A DNA stretch of 32,000 nucleotides from Rhodococcus rhodnii NBRC 100604. GTDB taxonomy: Bacteria; Actinomycetota; Actinomycetes; Mycobacteriales; Mycobacteriaceae. The stretch spans positions 1 to 32,000 of the forward strand of contig NZ_BCXD01000022.1 in the NCBI RefSeq assembly GCF_001894925.1, read 5' to 3'. The notes beneath the pieces were generated by a model. The model ran no database searches. It saw nothing but the letters and a program-made list of their open reading frames with translations, and had not been told where the DNA came from. Numbering within the stretch: the first letter of the stretch is position 1; the number at the start of each line of letters is the position of its first letter. This document shows positions 1-7,940 of this stretch, piece after piece. A program made the position numbers and the translations under genes.

Positions 1-181
1 AGTTAGTCGCCGCGTCGAGCGCGAGTCCCGCATCGGCGGCCGAGCCACGCGAGACGCGAGCGAGCAAGGTGCCGTCGATCGGTGAGCGGTCGTCGAATCG
101 ACGTGCAGACGACACCCGCTGGCCACCGATCCAGTGATCGGTGCTCACCACGACGCCGTCGACGTTCGCGAAGTTCATCAT
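1..181 (-). CDS. Aldehyde dehydrogenase family protein, N-terminal fragment (gene continues past the left edge)
   Basis: Not in the ORF track. My own reverse-strand translation from ATG 181-179 gives MMNFANVDGVVVSTDHWIGGQRVSSARRFDDRSPIDGTLLARVSRGSAADAGLALDAATN with no stops down to position 2. GGAGA Shine-Dalgarno at 191-187, 5 nt upstream. The HWIGG..V....F...SPIDG..LA.V pattern is the usual ALDH N-terminus. Confidence 0.6.
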   Translation of the reverse strand, partial: MMNFANVDGVVVSTDHWIGGQRVSSARRFDDRSPIDGTLLARVSRGSAADAGLALDAATN

Positions 182-246
182 GCTTGTCTCCTGGTTCGGG
201 CACCGGACGGTGCGCCGGGGACGAAGGGGCTACGGGACAGAACCCG

Positions 247-996
247 TCAGCCGAAATGCGATCCGCCGTTGACGTGCAGCGTCTGCCCGGTGACGAAGGA
301 CGATCCGCCGCTCACGAGATAGGCGACGGTTCCGACGAGATCGCCGGGGGTCTGCTCACGTTGCAGACAGCGCCCGGCGATCGCTCGGTCGCGCGCGCCG
401 GGACTGCGGGAGTGCAGGTCGTCGTCGGGGACGTAGTCGGGTGCGATCGCGTTGACCCGAATGTCGTCGGGGCCCAGTTCGCGTGCGAGCGACCGGGTCA
501 TCCCCCCGATCGCGGCCTTGGCAGCTGCGTAGTGCACGACGTTCGCCAGGCCCTTGTACGCGGTCGCGGAGGACACGTTGACGATCGAACCGCCACTGCT
601 CTTGCGCATCCACGGGACGACTGCGCGGATCGCGTTCCATGTGCCCTTGACGTTGATCTCGAAGCACGCGTCGAAATCGGACTCGGGGATCTCTTCGAAA
701 GGCCCCCGCACCATGGTCCGGAAGTAGCCGGCATTGTTCACGAGGGCGTGCACCGCGCCGAACTCCTCGTACGCACGACGTGCCATCGCCTCGAGCGTGT
801 CGACACTGCGCAGATCGACGTCGACTCCGATCGCACGAGAACCGTTCTCCCGCAACTGCGCAGCGGCCGCCTCGCTCCCCCGGAGATCGGCGACCACGAC
901 CGCCGCCCCCTCCCGCGCGAGCGCGGTGGCGTACGCCTTGCCCAGATGGACTGTCGCGCCCGTGACGACGACGACGCGTCCGTTCAGTGCACCCAT
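247..996 (-). CDS. Short-chain dehydrogenase/reductase (SDR); possible diol dehydrogenase of the cluster
   Basis: C-terminal 249 aa of track ORF 247..1473, starting at ATG 996-994 (MGALNGRVVVVTGAT...). NNAG motif and a catalytic S...YAAAK (YxxxK) are present. The glycine motif is atypical: TGATVHLG instead of TGxxxGxG. Confidence 0.85.
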   Translation of the reverse strand: MGALNGRVVVVTGATVHLGKAYATALAREGAAVVVADLRGSEAAAAQLRENGSRAIGVDVDLRSVDTLEAMARRAYEEFGAVHALVNNAGYFRTMVRGPFEEIPESDFDACFEINVKGTWNAIRAVVPWMRKSSGGSIVNVSSATAYKGLANVVHYAAAKAAIGGMTRSLARELGPDDIRVNAIAPDYVPDDDLHSRSPGARDRAIAGRCLQREQTPGDLVGTVAYLVSGGSSFVTGQTLHVNGGSHFG

Positions 997-1736
997 TGCC
1001 TCCCCCTCCTGTCGTTCGTATCGTGCGTGTCGTACGTGTCGTACGTGTCGTACGTGTCGTACGTGTCGTACGTGTCGGTGTCGGTGTTCGTGTCGGACCC
1101 GTCCGTCGGGGCCGGGCCAAGAGGCTCGCCCGGCCCGGTGTGCATCGGGGCGCGGTGATCGAAACTGTGGCGCCCGGTCCAGCGCTCCACCGGTTCGGCA
1201 TCGATTCCCAACAGATCGAGTGCTCGTACGACCGTGTGATCGACGATGTCCTGCACGGTGTGCGGACGGGTGTAGAACGCGGGAACCGGCGGCATCACGA
1301 TCGCGCCCGACGCGGTCGCCTCGGCCATGAGTCGAATGTGCCCTGCGTGCAACGGAGTCTCGCGGAGCAGCAGGACGAGTCGGCGACGCTCCTTGAGCGT
1401 GACGTCGGCCGCCCGCACGAGCAGGTTCTCGTCGTAGGCGTTCGCGACACCGGACAGCGTCTTGACGCTGCACGGCGCGACGAGCATGCCTGCGGTGCGG
1501 AAAGACCCGCTCGAGATCGCGGCGGCGAGGTCGCCGTCGGAGTACGTGTGCGTCGCGAGCGCCGTCACGTCGGCGACCGTCATCCCGGTCTCCTGAACGA
1601 TCGTCGCGCGGCCGCTCGACGAGACGACGAGATGCGTCTAGACACCGAGTGCCCGCAGCATCTCGAGCGCCCGGATACCGAGGACTGCGCCCGAGGCGCC
1701 CGAGATGCCGACGACGACGCGTCGCGAGGAGTCCAT
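984..1736 (-). pseudogene. ubiX: Flavin prenyltransferase UbiX interrupted by an in-frame TAG (1640-1638), with a 62-aa low-complexity C-terminal extension
   Basis: Minus strand from ATG 1736 reads MDSSRRVVVGISGASGAVLGIRALEMLRALGV-TAG-THLVVSSSGRATIVQETGMTVADV...SSGSF...APCSVKTLSG...RETPLH...PPVPAFY...ERWTG. It is colinear with UbiX/Pad1 proteins. The stop keeps the frame (track ORFs 1638..1940 and 984..1583 are in the same phase). There is a 1-nt gap to the upstream dehydratase stop. Confidence 0.8.
1011..1097. repeat. 9-bp tandem repeat: five perfect GTCGTACGT units (1029-1073) flanked by degenerate copies
   Basis: Read directly from the sequence. Perfect units at 1029-1037, 1038-1046, 1047-1055, 1056-1064 and 1065-1073. 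Degenerate units at 1011-1028 (gtcgttcgt, atcgtgcgt) and 1074-1097. Encodes (TYD)n in the ubiX frame. Every unit contains the palindrome CGTACG. Confidence 0.95.
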
Positions 1737-1737
1737 G

Positions 1738-3459
1738 TCAGCCTTTCGTCGTGGTGGGGAGGCAGAAGTCGAAGTCGCAGCCTTCGTCGGCCTGCAGGAC
1801 GTGATCGCGGTAGAGCCGGGAGTAGCCGCGCTCGTCGCCACATGCGGGCGGCTGCCACTCCTCCCTGCGCCGATCGAGTTCCTCGTCGGAGACGAGGAGC
1901 TCGAGCGAGCGCTGCCGCACCGACATCCGGATCCGGTCACCGTCCCGAACGAGGGCGAGCGGGCCCCCCACCGCGGCCTCGGGAGCGATGTGCAGCACGA
2001 TCGTGCCGTACGCCGTTCCGCTCATCCGCGCGTCCGAGATCCGCACCATGTCCTTGACGCCCTGCTCGGCGAGCACCTTGGGGATCGGGATGTAGCCCGC
2101 CTCGGGCATCGCCTCGGCGACCGGTCCCGCATTGCGCAACACGAGGACGTCGTCCGCGCGCACATCGAGATCGGGTGAGTCGATCCGGTCCGCCAGATCC
2201 TGCAGCGAATCGAAGACGACGGCGCGTCCTTCGCTCTCGAACAGCGACTCGTCCGCCGCCGAGCGCTTGAGGATCGCTCCACCGGGCGCGAGATTGCCCG
2301 AGAGCGAGACGATTCCGCCGACGACGGACACCGGTGTCGCCACCGGTCGGACGACCCGCTCGTCGCGCCACGGATCGGTGTCCGCGAGCACGTCGCGCCA
2401 GGTCGTTCCCGCCACCGTGGCGCAGTCGAGGTTCATCAGGTCACCGAGTTCGCGGAACACCGCGGGTACGCCGCCCGCGCGGTGGAAGTCCTCCATGTAG
2501 TGCTCGCCGGAGGGCTTGAGGTCGACGAGGACCGGAGTCGTGTCGCTCAGCCCGTTGAGTTCCTCTGCGGTGAAACCGAGGCCGAGACGACGTGCCATCG
2601 CGGTCAAGTGGATGACGGCGTTCGTCGAGCCACCGATCGCGAGCAGAACACGCAGGGCGTTGACGACCGAGTCCTTCGTGACGATCTCACTGGGCCGCAC
2701 CGCGACTCGAGCGAGCTGCGTCGCGAGCGCCCCACTCGCCTCGCCCGCTCGGAGGCGGTCCGCGTGCACGTTCGGGATCGCCGCCGTGCCCGGCAACGAC
2801 ATGCCGAGGGCTTCCGCGATGCACGCCATCGTGCTCGCGGTGCCCATCACCGCGCAGGTGCCCGACGTCGTCGCGAGATTTCCCTCGACGGCGGTGATCT
2901 GCGGCTCCGTGATCTCGCCGGCGCGGTACCTGCCCCAGAAGCGCCGGCAGTCGGTGCACGCACCGAGCCGTTCGCCGTGATAGCTGCCCGTCATCATCGG
3001 GCCGGTGACCACCTGTACCGCAGGCTTGTCCACCGAGAACGCACCCATCAACTGGGCGGGCACGGTCTTGTCGCACCCGCCCACGAGCACCACCGAGTCC
3101 ACGGGCTGGGCCCGCACCATCTCCTCGACGTCCATCGCCATGAGGTTGCGAAACTTCATCGACGTCGGATGGAGAAACGGCTCACCCAGCGAGATCGTCG
3201 GGAACGCCACGGGCAGCCCGCCCGCGAGCATGACGCCCCGCTCGATCGCCGCGACGAGTTCGGGCATCTGCCGGTGACAGTTGTTGAAACCGCTCTCCGA
3301 CGTGGCGATTCCGATCGTCGGACGGCTCAGGGCGTCCTCGCCGTATCCCATCGACTTGGTGAAGCTGCGCCGCAGATAGGCCGCGAAGCCGGGATCGCCG
3401 TAGTGGGTGAGATTGCCCGTCAGACCCTGCGGCCCGTCCGTGGACTCGGTGCCGGTCAT
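1738..3459 (-). CDS. IlvD/Edd family dehydratase (sugar-acid / dihydroxy-acid dehydratase type)
   Basis: 573-aa ORF. Family Fe-S and active-site motifs FNNCHRQ, VLVGGCDKTVP and TSGTCAVMGTASTM are present. Its ATG (3459-3457) overlaps the upstream gene stop as ATGA. Confidence 0.9.
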   Translation of the reverse strand: MTGTESTDGPQGLTGNLTHYGDPGFAAYLRRSFTKSMGYGEDALSRPTIGIATSESGFNNCHRQMPELVAAIERGVMLAGGLPVAFPTISLGEPFLHPTSMKFRNLMAMDVEEMVRAQPVDSVVLVGGCDKTVPAQLMGAFSVDKPAVQVVTGPMMTGSYHGERLGACTDCRRFWGRYRAGEITEPQITAVEGNLATTSGTCAVMGTASTMACIAEALGMSLPGTAAIPNVHADRLRAGEASGALATQLARVAVRPSEIVTKDSVVNALRVLLAIGGSTNAVIHLTAMARRLGLGFTAEELNGLSDTTPVLVDLKPSGEHYMEDFHRAGGVPAVFRELGDLMNLDCATVAGTTWRDVLADTDPWRDERVVRPVATPVSVVGGIVSLSGNLAPGGAILKRSAADESLFESEGRAVVFDSLQDLADRIDSPDLDVRADDVLVLRNAGPVAEAMPEAGYIPIPKVLAEQGVKDMVRISDARMSGTAYGTIVLHIAPEAAVGGPLALVRDGDRIRMSVRQRSLELLVSDEELDRRREEWQPPACGDERGYSRLYRDHVLQADEGCDFDFCLPTTTKG

Positions 3460-4436
3460 GCCGAGGCCCCGACCTTCAGCTCGTTGACCGCTCCCTTCGG
3501 CTGCTCGCCCGCGAGCGTGTCGAGCAGATTCTGCACCGCGAGATCGGCCATCGCACAGCGGGTCTCGACCGTCGCGCTACCGATGTGAGGCAGCAGGACG
3601 ACGTTCTCTAGCGTCATGAGCGGGTCCTCCGCGGGCAGCGGCTCGGTGGTCATGACGTCGAGCGCTGCGCCTGCGATCGCACCACTGCGCAGGGCGTCGA
3701 CGAGCGCCGGTTCGTCGATGAGCGTGCCGCGCGCCGGGTTCACGAAGAAGGCACTCTCCTTCATCGCCGCGAACTCGGCGGCACCGATCGATCCGGCGGT
3801 CGATGCGTCCAGCGGCACCAGCACGATGACGACGTCCGACTGCGCGAAGAGGTCGTCACGCGAGACGTAGCGGGCGTCGCCGGGCACCTCGCCGTCGATG
3901 GGTGTCCGGTTGTGGTAGGTCACGTCCATACCGAGCGCGTGCAGCACCGGCGCGACCTTCTTGCCGATCCGGCCCAGCCCGAGGATGCCGACCGTCTTGC
4001 CGTGGACGTCGGTCGTCAACGGGAAGGGGTTTCCGGCGACCCACTGGCCGGCGCGCACGAACCGTTCCGCGCGGGAGAGCCCACGCACCGCGTTGAGCAC
4101 CGCACCGACGGTCAGCGCCGCGACGGCATCGTCGAGGACACCCGGGGTGTTGCAGATCTGGACGCCACGCTCGGTCGCCGCGGGCACCTCGATGTTGTCG
4201 TAGCCGACCGCGTAGTTGGACACGGTCTTCAGCGACGGCAGTTCCGCGAGTACCGACGCGGTCACCGGCTGCTTCACGGTCGTGAGCCAGCCGACGATAT
4301 CGGCGTGCTCACCGACGGTCTCGGCGGTGAGCACGGTGGACGACGGCAGGGTCACCACGTCGTACTCGGCCTCGATGCGGCCGAGGAGATCGTCCGCGAG
4401 GGGCGCGGAGACGAGGACCTTCTGCTTGTTCTGCAT
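3456..4436 (-). CDS. D-isomer-specific 2-hydroxyacid dehydrogenase (glyoxylate/hydroxypyruvate/2-ketoacid reductase type)
   Basis: 326 aa from ATG 4436-4434 (MQNKQKVLVSAP...) inside track ORF 3456..4670. NAD motif GLGRIGKKV. Catalytic Arg (NPARG) and His (LPHIGSAT) contexts are present. Confidence 0.88.
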   Translation of the reverse strand: MQNKQKVLVSAPLADDLLGRIEAEYDVVTLPSSTVLTAETVGEHADIVGWLTTVKQPVTASVLAELPSLKTVSNYAVGYDNIEVPAATERGVQICNTPGVLDDAVAALTVGAVLNAVRGLSRAERFVRAGQWVAGNPFPLTTDVHGKTVGILGLGRIGKKVAPVLHALGMDVTYHNRTPIDGEVPGDARYVSRDDLFAQSDVVIVLVPLDASTAGSIGAAEFAAMKESAFFVNPARGTLIDEPALVDALRSGAIAGAALDVMTTEPLPAEDPLMTLENVVLLPHIGSATVETRCAMADLAVQNLLDTLAGEQPKGAVNELKVGASA

Positions 4437-4465
4437 GTTTGCTGCTCCTGTTGTTCGAGAGTCGG

Positions 4466-4786
4466 TCAGATCTGGTTCTCGGGAATCGTCACCGCGATCC
4501 CGTCGAGGCCCGCGGTGGCCTCGATCTGGCACGCGAGCCTGCTGGTCGGCTCGCACTCGGGGCTGAGCCCCACGAGGACTTCTTCCGTGGGATCGAGCGG
4601 GCCGGATGCGTCGAACCACTGCTGGTCGACGATCACGTGGCACGTTCCGCGGATCGCGCCGCCTCCGCACTCGGCGACGATTCCCTCGACGCCCTCCTGC
4701 CGGGCCGCCTCCATGAGGGTCAGACCCTCGTCGACGTCCAGCACGACCGCGGGATCACCCGACTTGTAGTGAAAGGTCGCTTTCAT
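4466..4786 (-). CDS. [2Fe-2S] ferredoxin, adrenodoxin/putidaredoxin type, lacking the second canonical Cys ligand
   Basis: 106 aa from ATG 4786 (MKATFHY...), with AGGTGA 5 nt upstream; GTG 4795 is an alternative start. Fold-typical GLTLMEAA, AECGGGAIRGTCHV and SRLACQI. The expected C-x5-C-x2-C reads C-x5-R-x2-C here. Confidence 0.8.
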   Translation of the reverse strand: MKATFHYKSGDPAVVLDVDEGLTLMEAARQEGVEGIVAECGGGAIRGTCHVIVDQQWFDASGPLDPTEEVLVGLSPECEPTSRLACQIEATAGLDGIAVTIPENQI

Positions 4787-5972
4787 CCGATTCACCTGCC
4801 TTCACTGTGGTGGCGAGTTCACGCAGTCCGAGCGCGAACTGCCGTGGGCTTCCGAAGGCTTCGACGCTGACGAGTGCACCTCGGCAGCTACGACGAACGA
4901 CGAATCCGCCGTCCTCGGTCTCCTCGACGCTGTCGACGACGCTGTCGGTCGCACCGACGAGACCTGCGATGCGCAGTTGGGTTCCGTACTGCTCCGACCA
5001 AAAGGTCTCCGGGCGGAGGGCCGGCGGCGGGGTGCCGGCGATCGCCGCTGCGGCGATGCGGGCCTGCGCCATCGCACTCGCGACGGACTCGACACCCGCC
5101 GACACGCCGGAGGCGGTCCGCGTGATCGCGACGTCGCCGATCGCATAGATGTCGGGATCCGATGTGCGACAGCACTCGTCGACGACGATACCCCGTGCCG
5201 TCTCGATACCGCTCGCGGCGGCGAGCTCGTCACGCGGGCACGCGCCGATCGCGAGGACCGCCCAGTCGACGTCCAGCGTCCGGCCACCGCGCAGCGCGAT
5301 CTCGATCCCGCCTCCGGACTCGACCGCACCGCGCCCACCGGTCACGGCTGTGACTCGCTCGCCGAGAACGAACCGTATCCCGCTGTCCTCGTGGATCTTT
5401 CGAATCCGTTGCGCAGTGTAGCGAGACACCCGCCCCGGCAGCACATCGGCCGTCGACTCCACGACGGTCACCGAGCTCACCAGTCCCGAGAGCGAACTCG
5501 CCGCTTCGAGGCCGAGGAAGCTGCCGCCGATCACCGCGACGCGATCACCCCGACGTGGCGCCACGGCGAGAGAATCGTCGAGCGTCCGGATCGTGTGGAT
5601 CCGGGACGACCCGGCCCACTCCGGGCGGATCGCATCGGCACCCGTCGCCAGGACCAGTGCGTCGTAGGCGATCTCCTCGCCCGCGGCGGTCCGCACGACC
5701 GACCCCTCACGATCGATCGCGACGACCGGATCACCGATCCGCACCGAGACGGACTTCGCTTCGTAGGCGCGCTCCGAACGGAGCGTGAGCTTCGCCGGAT
5801 CGGTGGCACCGCCGAGAACGCCCTTCGACAGCGGTGGCCGTTCGTACGGGAGATGCGCTTCACCGCACACGATCGTGATCGGGTCGCCGTATCCGGCGGA
5901 GCGCAGCGCGAAGGCGACCTCGCACCCGGCCTGTCCCCCACCGACGACGACCGTTCCCGCTCGCGAGGCCAT
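4755..5972 (-). CDS. Ferredoxin--NAD(P)+ reductase (FAD-dependent pyridine nucleotide-disulfide oxidoreductase) of the dioxygenase system
   Basis: 405 aa from ATG 5972-5970 (MASRAGTVVVGGGQAGCEVA...) inside track ORF 4755..6404. FAD motif GGGQAG, second dinucleotide motif VIGGSFLGLE, AIGD near the C-terminal third. The start overlaps the beta-subunit stop by 1 nt (TGATG). Confidence 0.88.
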   Translation of the reverse strand: MASRAGTVVVGGGQAGCEVAFALRSAGYGDPITIVCGEAHLPYERPPLSKGVLGGATDPAKLTLRSERAYEAKSVSVRIGDPVVAIDREGSVVRTAAGEEIAYDALVLATGADAIRPEWAGSSRIHTIRTLDDSLAVAPRRGDRVAVIGGSFLGLEAASSLSGLVSSVTVVESTADVLPGRVSRYTAQRIRKIHEDSGIRFVLGERVTAVTGGRGAVESGGGIEIALRGGRTLDVDWAVLAIGACPRDELAAASGIETARGIVVDECCRTSDPDIYAIGDVAITRTASGVSAGVESVASAMAQARIAAAAIAGTPPPALRPETFWSEQYGTQLRIAGLVGATDSVVDSVEETEDGGFVVRRSCRGALVSVEAFGSPRQFALGLRELATTVKAGESDESDLSLQVG

Positions 5973-6538
5973 CAGAAGAACACCGTGAGCGACTTGGCGA
6001 GCAGAACGTTCTGGTCCAGCCGGATCTCGCGACGCGCCAGCCCGAACGATCCGTCCGCGCGGCGGCGCCACGTGTCGAACCGCTTGCCGACGAACAGGTT
6101 GACCTCGTCCTCCTGACGGTTCTGGTAGAGCAGCAGCTTCGATCGCACCGTCACCTCGCCGCTCGCAGGTTCCGTGCCGACGATCCGGACGTTGGTCACG
6201 AGCCGGGAGACACGCGAGACCGGCTCCTCGGACCAGTGCATTCCGGTGCGCAACTGCGCAACTCGCTTGGCGAGCGTCGACTTGTCCTCGTCGAACCACG
6301 CCATGTCCTCGCCTTGCCGGGTCGTCTCGCCGGTCTGGCGGCTCTGCACGTTGCGCACGAGCGGCATCCAGTAGACGAGATCGTCCTCGAGCAGGTCGAG
6401 CCATGCCGCGAACTCGCGGTCGTCCAGGAGATCGGCCTCCGTGTAGTACCTCTCCTCGATCTCACGGAGCAGTTCCGGAGTGGGCAGCGCCGGAACCGCG
6501 CTCGCGGGTGCGACAGAACCCGCGCCTGCCGCCGTCAT
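5972..6538 (-). CDS. Aromatic ring-hydroxylating dioxygenase, small (beta) subunit
   Basis: 188 aa from ATG 6538-6536 (MTAAGAG...EERYYTEADLLDDREFAAWLDLL...) inside track ORF 5972..6916. Size and sequence style match RHO beta subunits. ATGA overlap with the alpha-subunit stop. Confidence 0.85.
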   Translation of the reverse strand: MTAAGAGSVAPASAVPALPTPELLREIEERYYTEADLLDDREFAAWLDLLEDDLVYWMPLVRNVQSRQTGETTRQGEDMAWFDEDKSTLAKRVAQLRTGMHWSEEPVSRVSRLVTNVRIVGTEPASGEVTVRSKLLLYQNRQEDEVNLFVGKRFDTWRRRADGSFGLARREIRLDQNVLLAKSLTVFF

Positions 6539-7887
6539 CGGGTGTGCTCGCTCTCGGGCATCGGGATCTCCTTCCACGAGGACGCCTTCATGAACTGCGC
6601 CCACCGCCGGTAGAACGCGCGCGCGTTCTCTTCGTTGAACTCCCCGTTCTCGACGGCGTTGTCGAGTTCGGGCACGGGCCGCGCGTGACCGAGGCCCATC
6701 TGGTAGTTGAAAAAGAGTTGCCTCGACCGCCAGCCTTTGCTCGCCCGCGTGGCGTACGCCCAGTTCTCCATGTCGTCGGACTCGGTGAGGCCACCCGGGC
6801 CGGAATAGCGCATGTAGTACCGCCTCGCCTCGTCCTTCACGACCTCCGGCGCGTCCTCGTCGACGAGGAAGATCCGCCACATCTCCGTCTCGGTCGCGCT
6901 GATCGGGTGCACCCACGCGATCGTTCGCGGCTGCCGTCCGTGAAAAGACATGCTGGGAAAGATCGTTCCCACACTCATCGCGACGCGCATGTCGTCGCCG
7001 AGGCGCTCGACCCGGCTCTCGTGGACCTTGCGGTAGTACTCCTGCACCTCGGGGTTCTCACCCCAATTGCCCGAGACCCCGTCGTACTCCTCGTGGAAGG
7101 GCAGCTGCCCGATCACACCGTGGCCGTGCTCGGGGAAGCACAGCGTGATGCGGTTCCCGAAGCTGTCGCGGCGGCCTTTGCCGCTGGGACCGATTCCTAC
7201 CGCATCGACCGAACGGTGGCTCACGTCGTGGTACAGATCGCCGATGAAGTTCTCCGGGATCATCTTCCAGTTCGCCTGGACCCGCCACTTCTGCACACCG
7301 CCGATGACCTCGGCGCCCCCCGGGCGCCCGTCGCGATAGTCGAGCGCGTAGTCGAGGTACAGCCGCATGTCACCGAGGTAGTCGAGCAGCGGCGGCGCCT
7401 CCTCGTCCCAGGACGCCCACACCGTGCCCTTGTAGATCTCGACGCGGGGAACCGAGATCAGTCCCCACTTCTTCTTGTCGAGTTCCGAGTGGTAGTGAGT
7501 GTCGTAGCCGGGAACGTTGTACAACTCGCCGGGCCGATCGACGAGACGACCGTCGGTCGAGAAGCTCCAGCCGTGGTACGGGCACGTGAAGGTGCGTGTG
7601 TTCCCCTGGTCCGACCGGCAGAGCTTCATGCCCCGATGTGTGCAGGTGTTGAGCAGTACGTGAATCTCCCCGGCCTTGTCACGCGTGAGGATCACGGGAT
7701 CGGTTCCCATACGCGACTGGAAGTAGTCGTTGGGTTCCGGTACGAGACCGACGTGACCCACGAAGAGCCAAGCCCGGCCGAAGACGTGCTCGAGTTCCTG
7801 CTCGAATAGTTCGTCGTCGACGAAGATCTCGCGAGCGACGACGCCCTCGACATCGACATCGACCAGTTCGTCGATGGACTTCTTCAT
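6535..7887 (-). CDS. Aromatic ring-hydroxylating dioxygenase, large (alpha) Rieske subunit
   Basis: 450 aa from ATG 7887-7885 (MKKSIDELV...) inside track ORF 6535..9045. Rieske motif CTHRG-x17-CPYHGW. Mononuclear-iron region ENFIGDLYHDVSH and the later ESDDMENW. GAAGGAG Shine-Dalgarno upstream. Confidence 0.92.
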   Translation of the reverse strand: MKKSIDELVDVDVEGVVAREIFVDDELFEQELEHVFGRAWLFVGHVGLVPEPNDYFQSRMGTDPVILTRDKAGEIHVLLNTCTHRGMKLCRSDQGNTRTFTCPYHGWSFSTDGRLVDRPGELYNVPGYDTHYHSELDKKKWGLISVPRVEIYKGTVWASWDEEAPPLLDYLGDMRLYLDYALDYRDGRPGGAEVIGGVQKWRVQANWKMIPENFIGDLYHDVSHRSVDAVGIGPSGKGRRDSFGNRITLCFPEHGHGVIGQLPFHEEYDGVSGNWGENPEVQEYYRKVHESRVERLGDDMRVAMSVGTIFPSMSFHGRQPRTIAWVHPISATETEMWRIFLVDEDAPEVVKDEARRYYMRYSGPGGLTESDDMENWAYATRASKGWRSRQLFFNYQMGLGHARPVPELDNAVENGEFNEENARAFYRRWAQFMKASSWKEIPMPESEHTR

Positions 7888-7940
7888 AGCGACTCCTTCG
7901 TGAGGGCTGTTCGCGAACGGACCGTGCGGTGCTCGGGCGA

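Noticed and set aside
3-203. 66-aa minus-strand track ORF at the left edge.
   Set aside because: It is Arg-rich nonsense in the wrong frame. The frame opening at ATG 181 gives a clean aldehyde dehydrogenase N-terminus with a ribosome-binding site, so I called that frame instead.
1011-1097. The short tandem repeat considered as a CRISPR array or other spaced-repeat locus.
   Set aside because: The units are 9 bp, directly abutting, with no spacers. No cas genes are present. It is a coding-frame microsatellite/VNTR.
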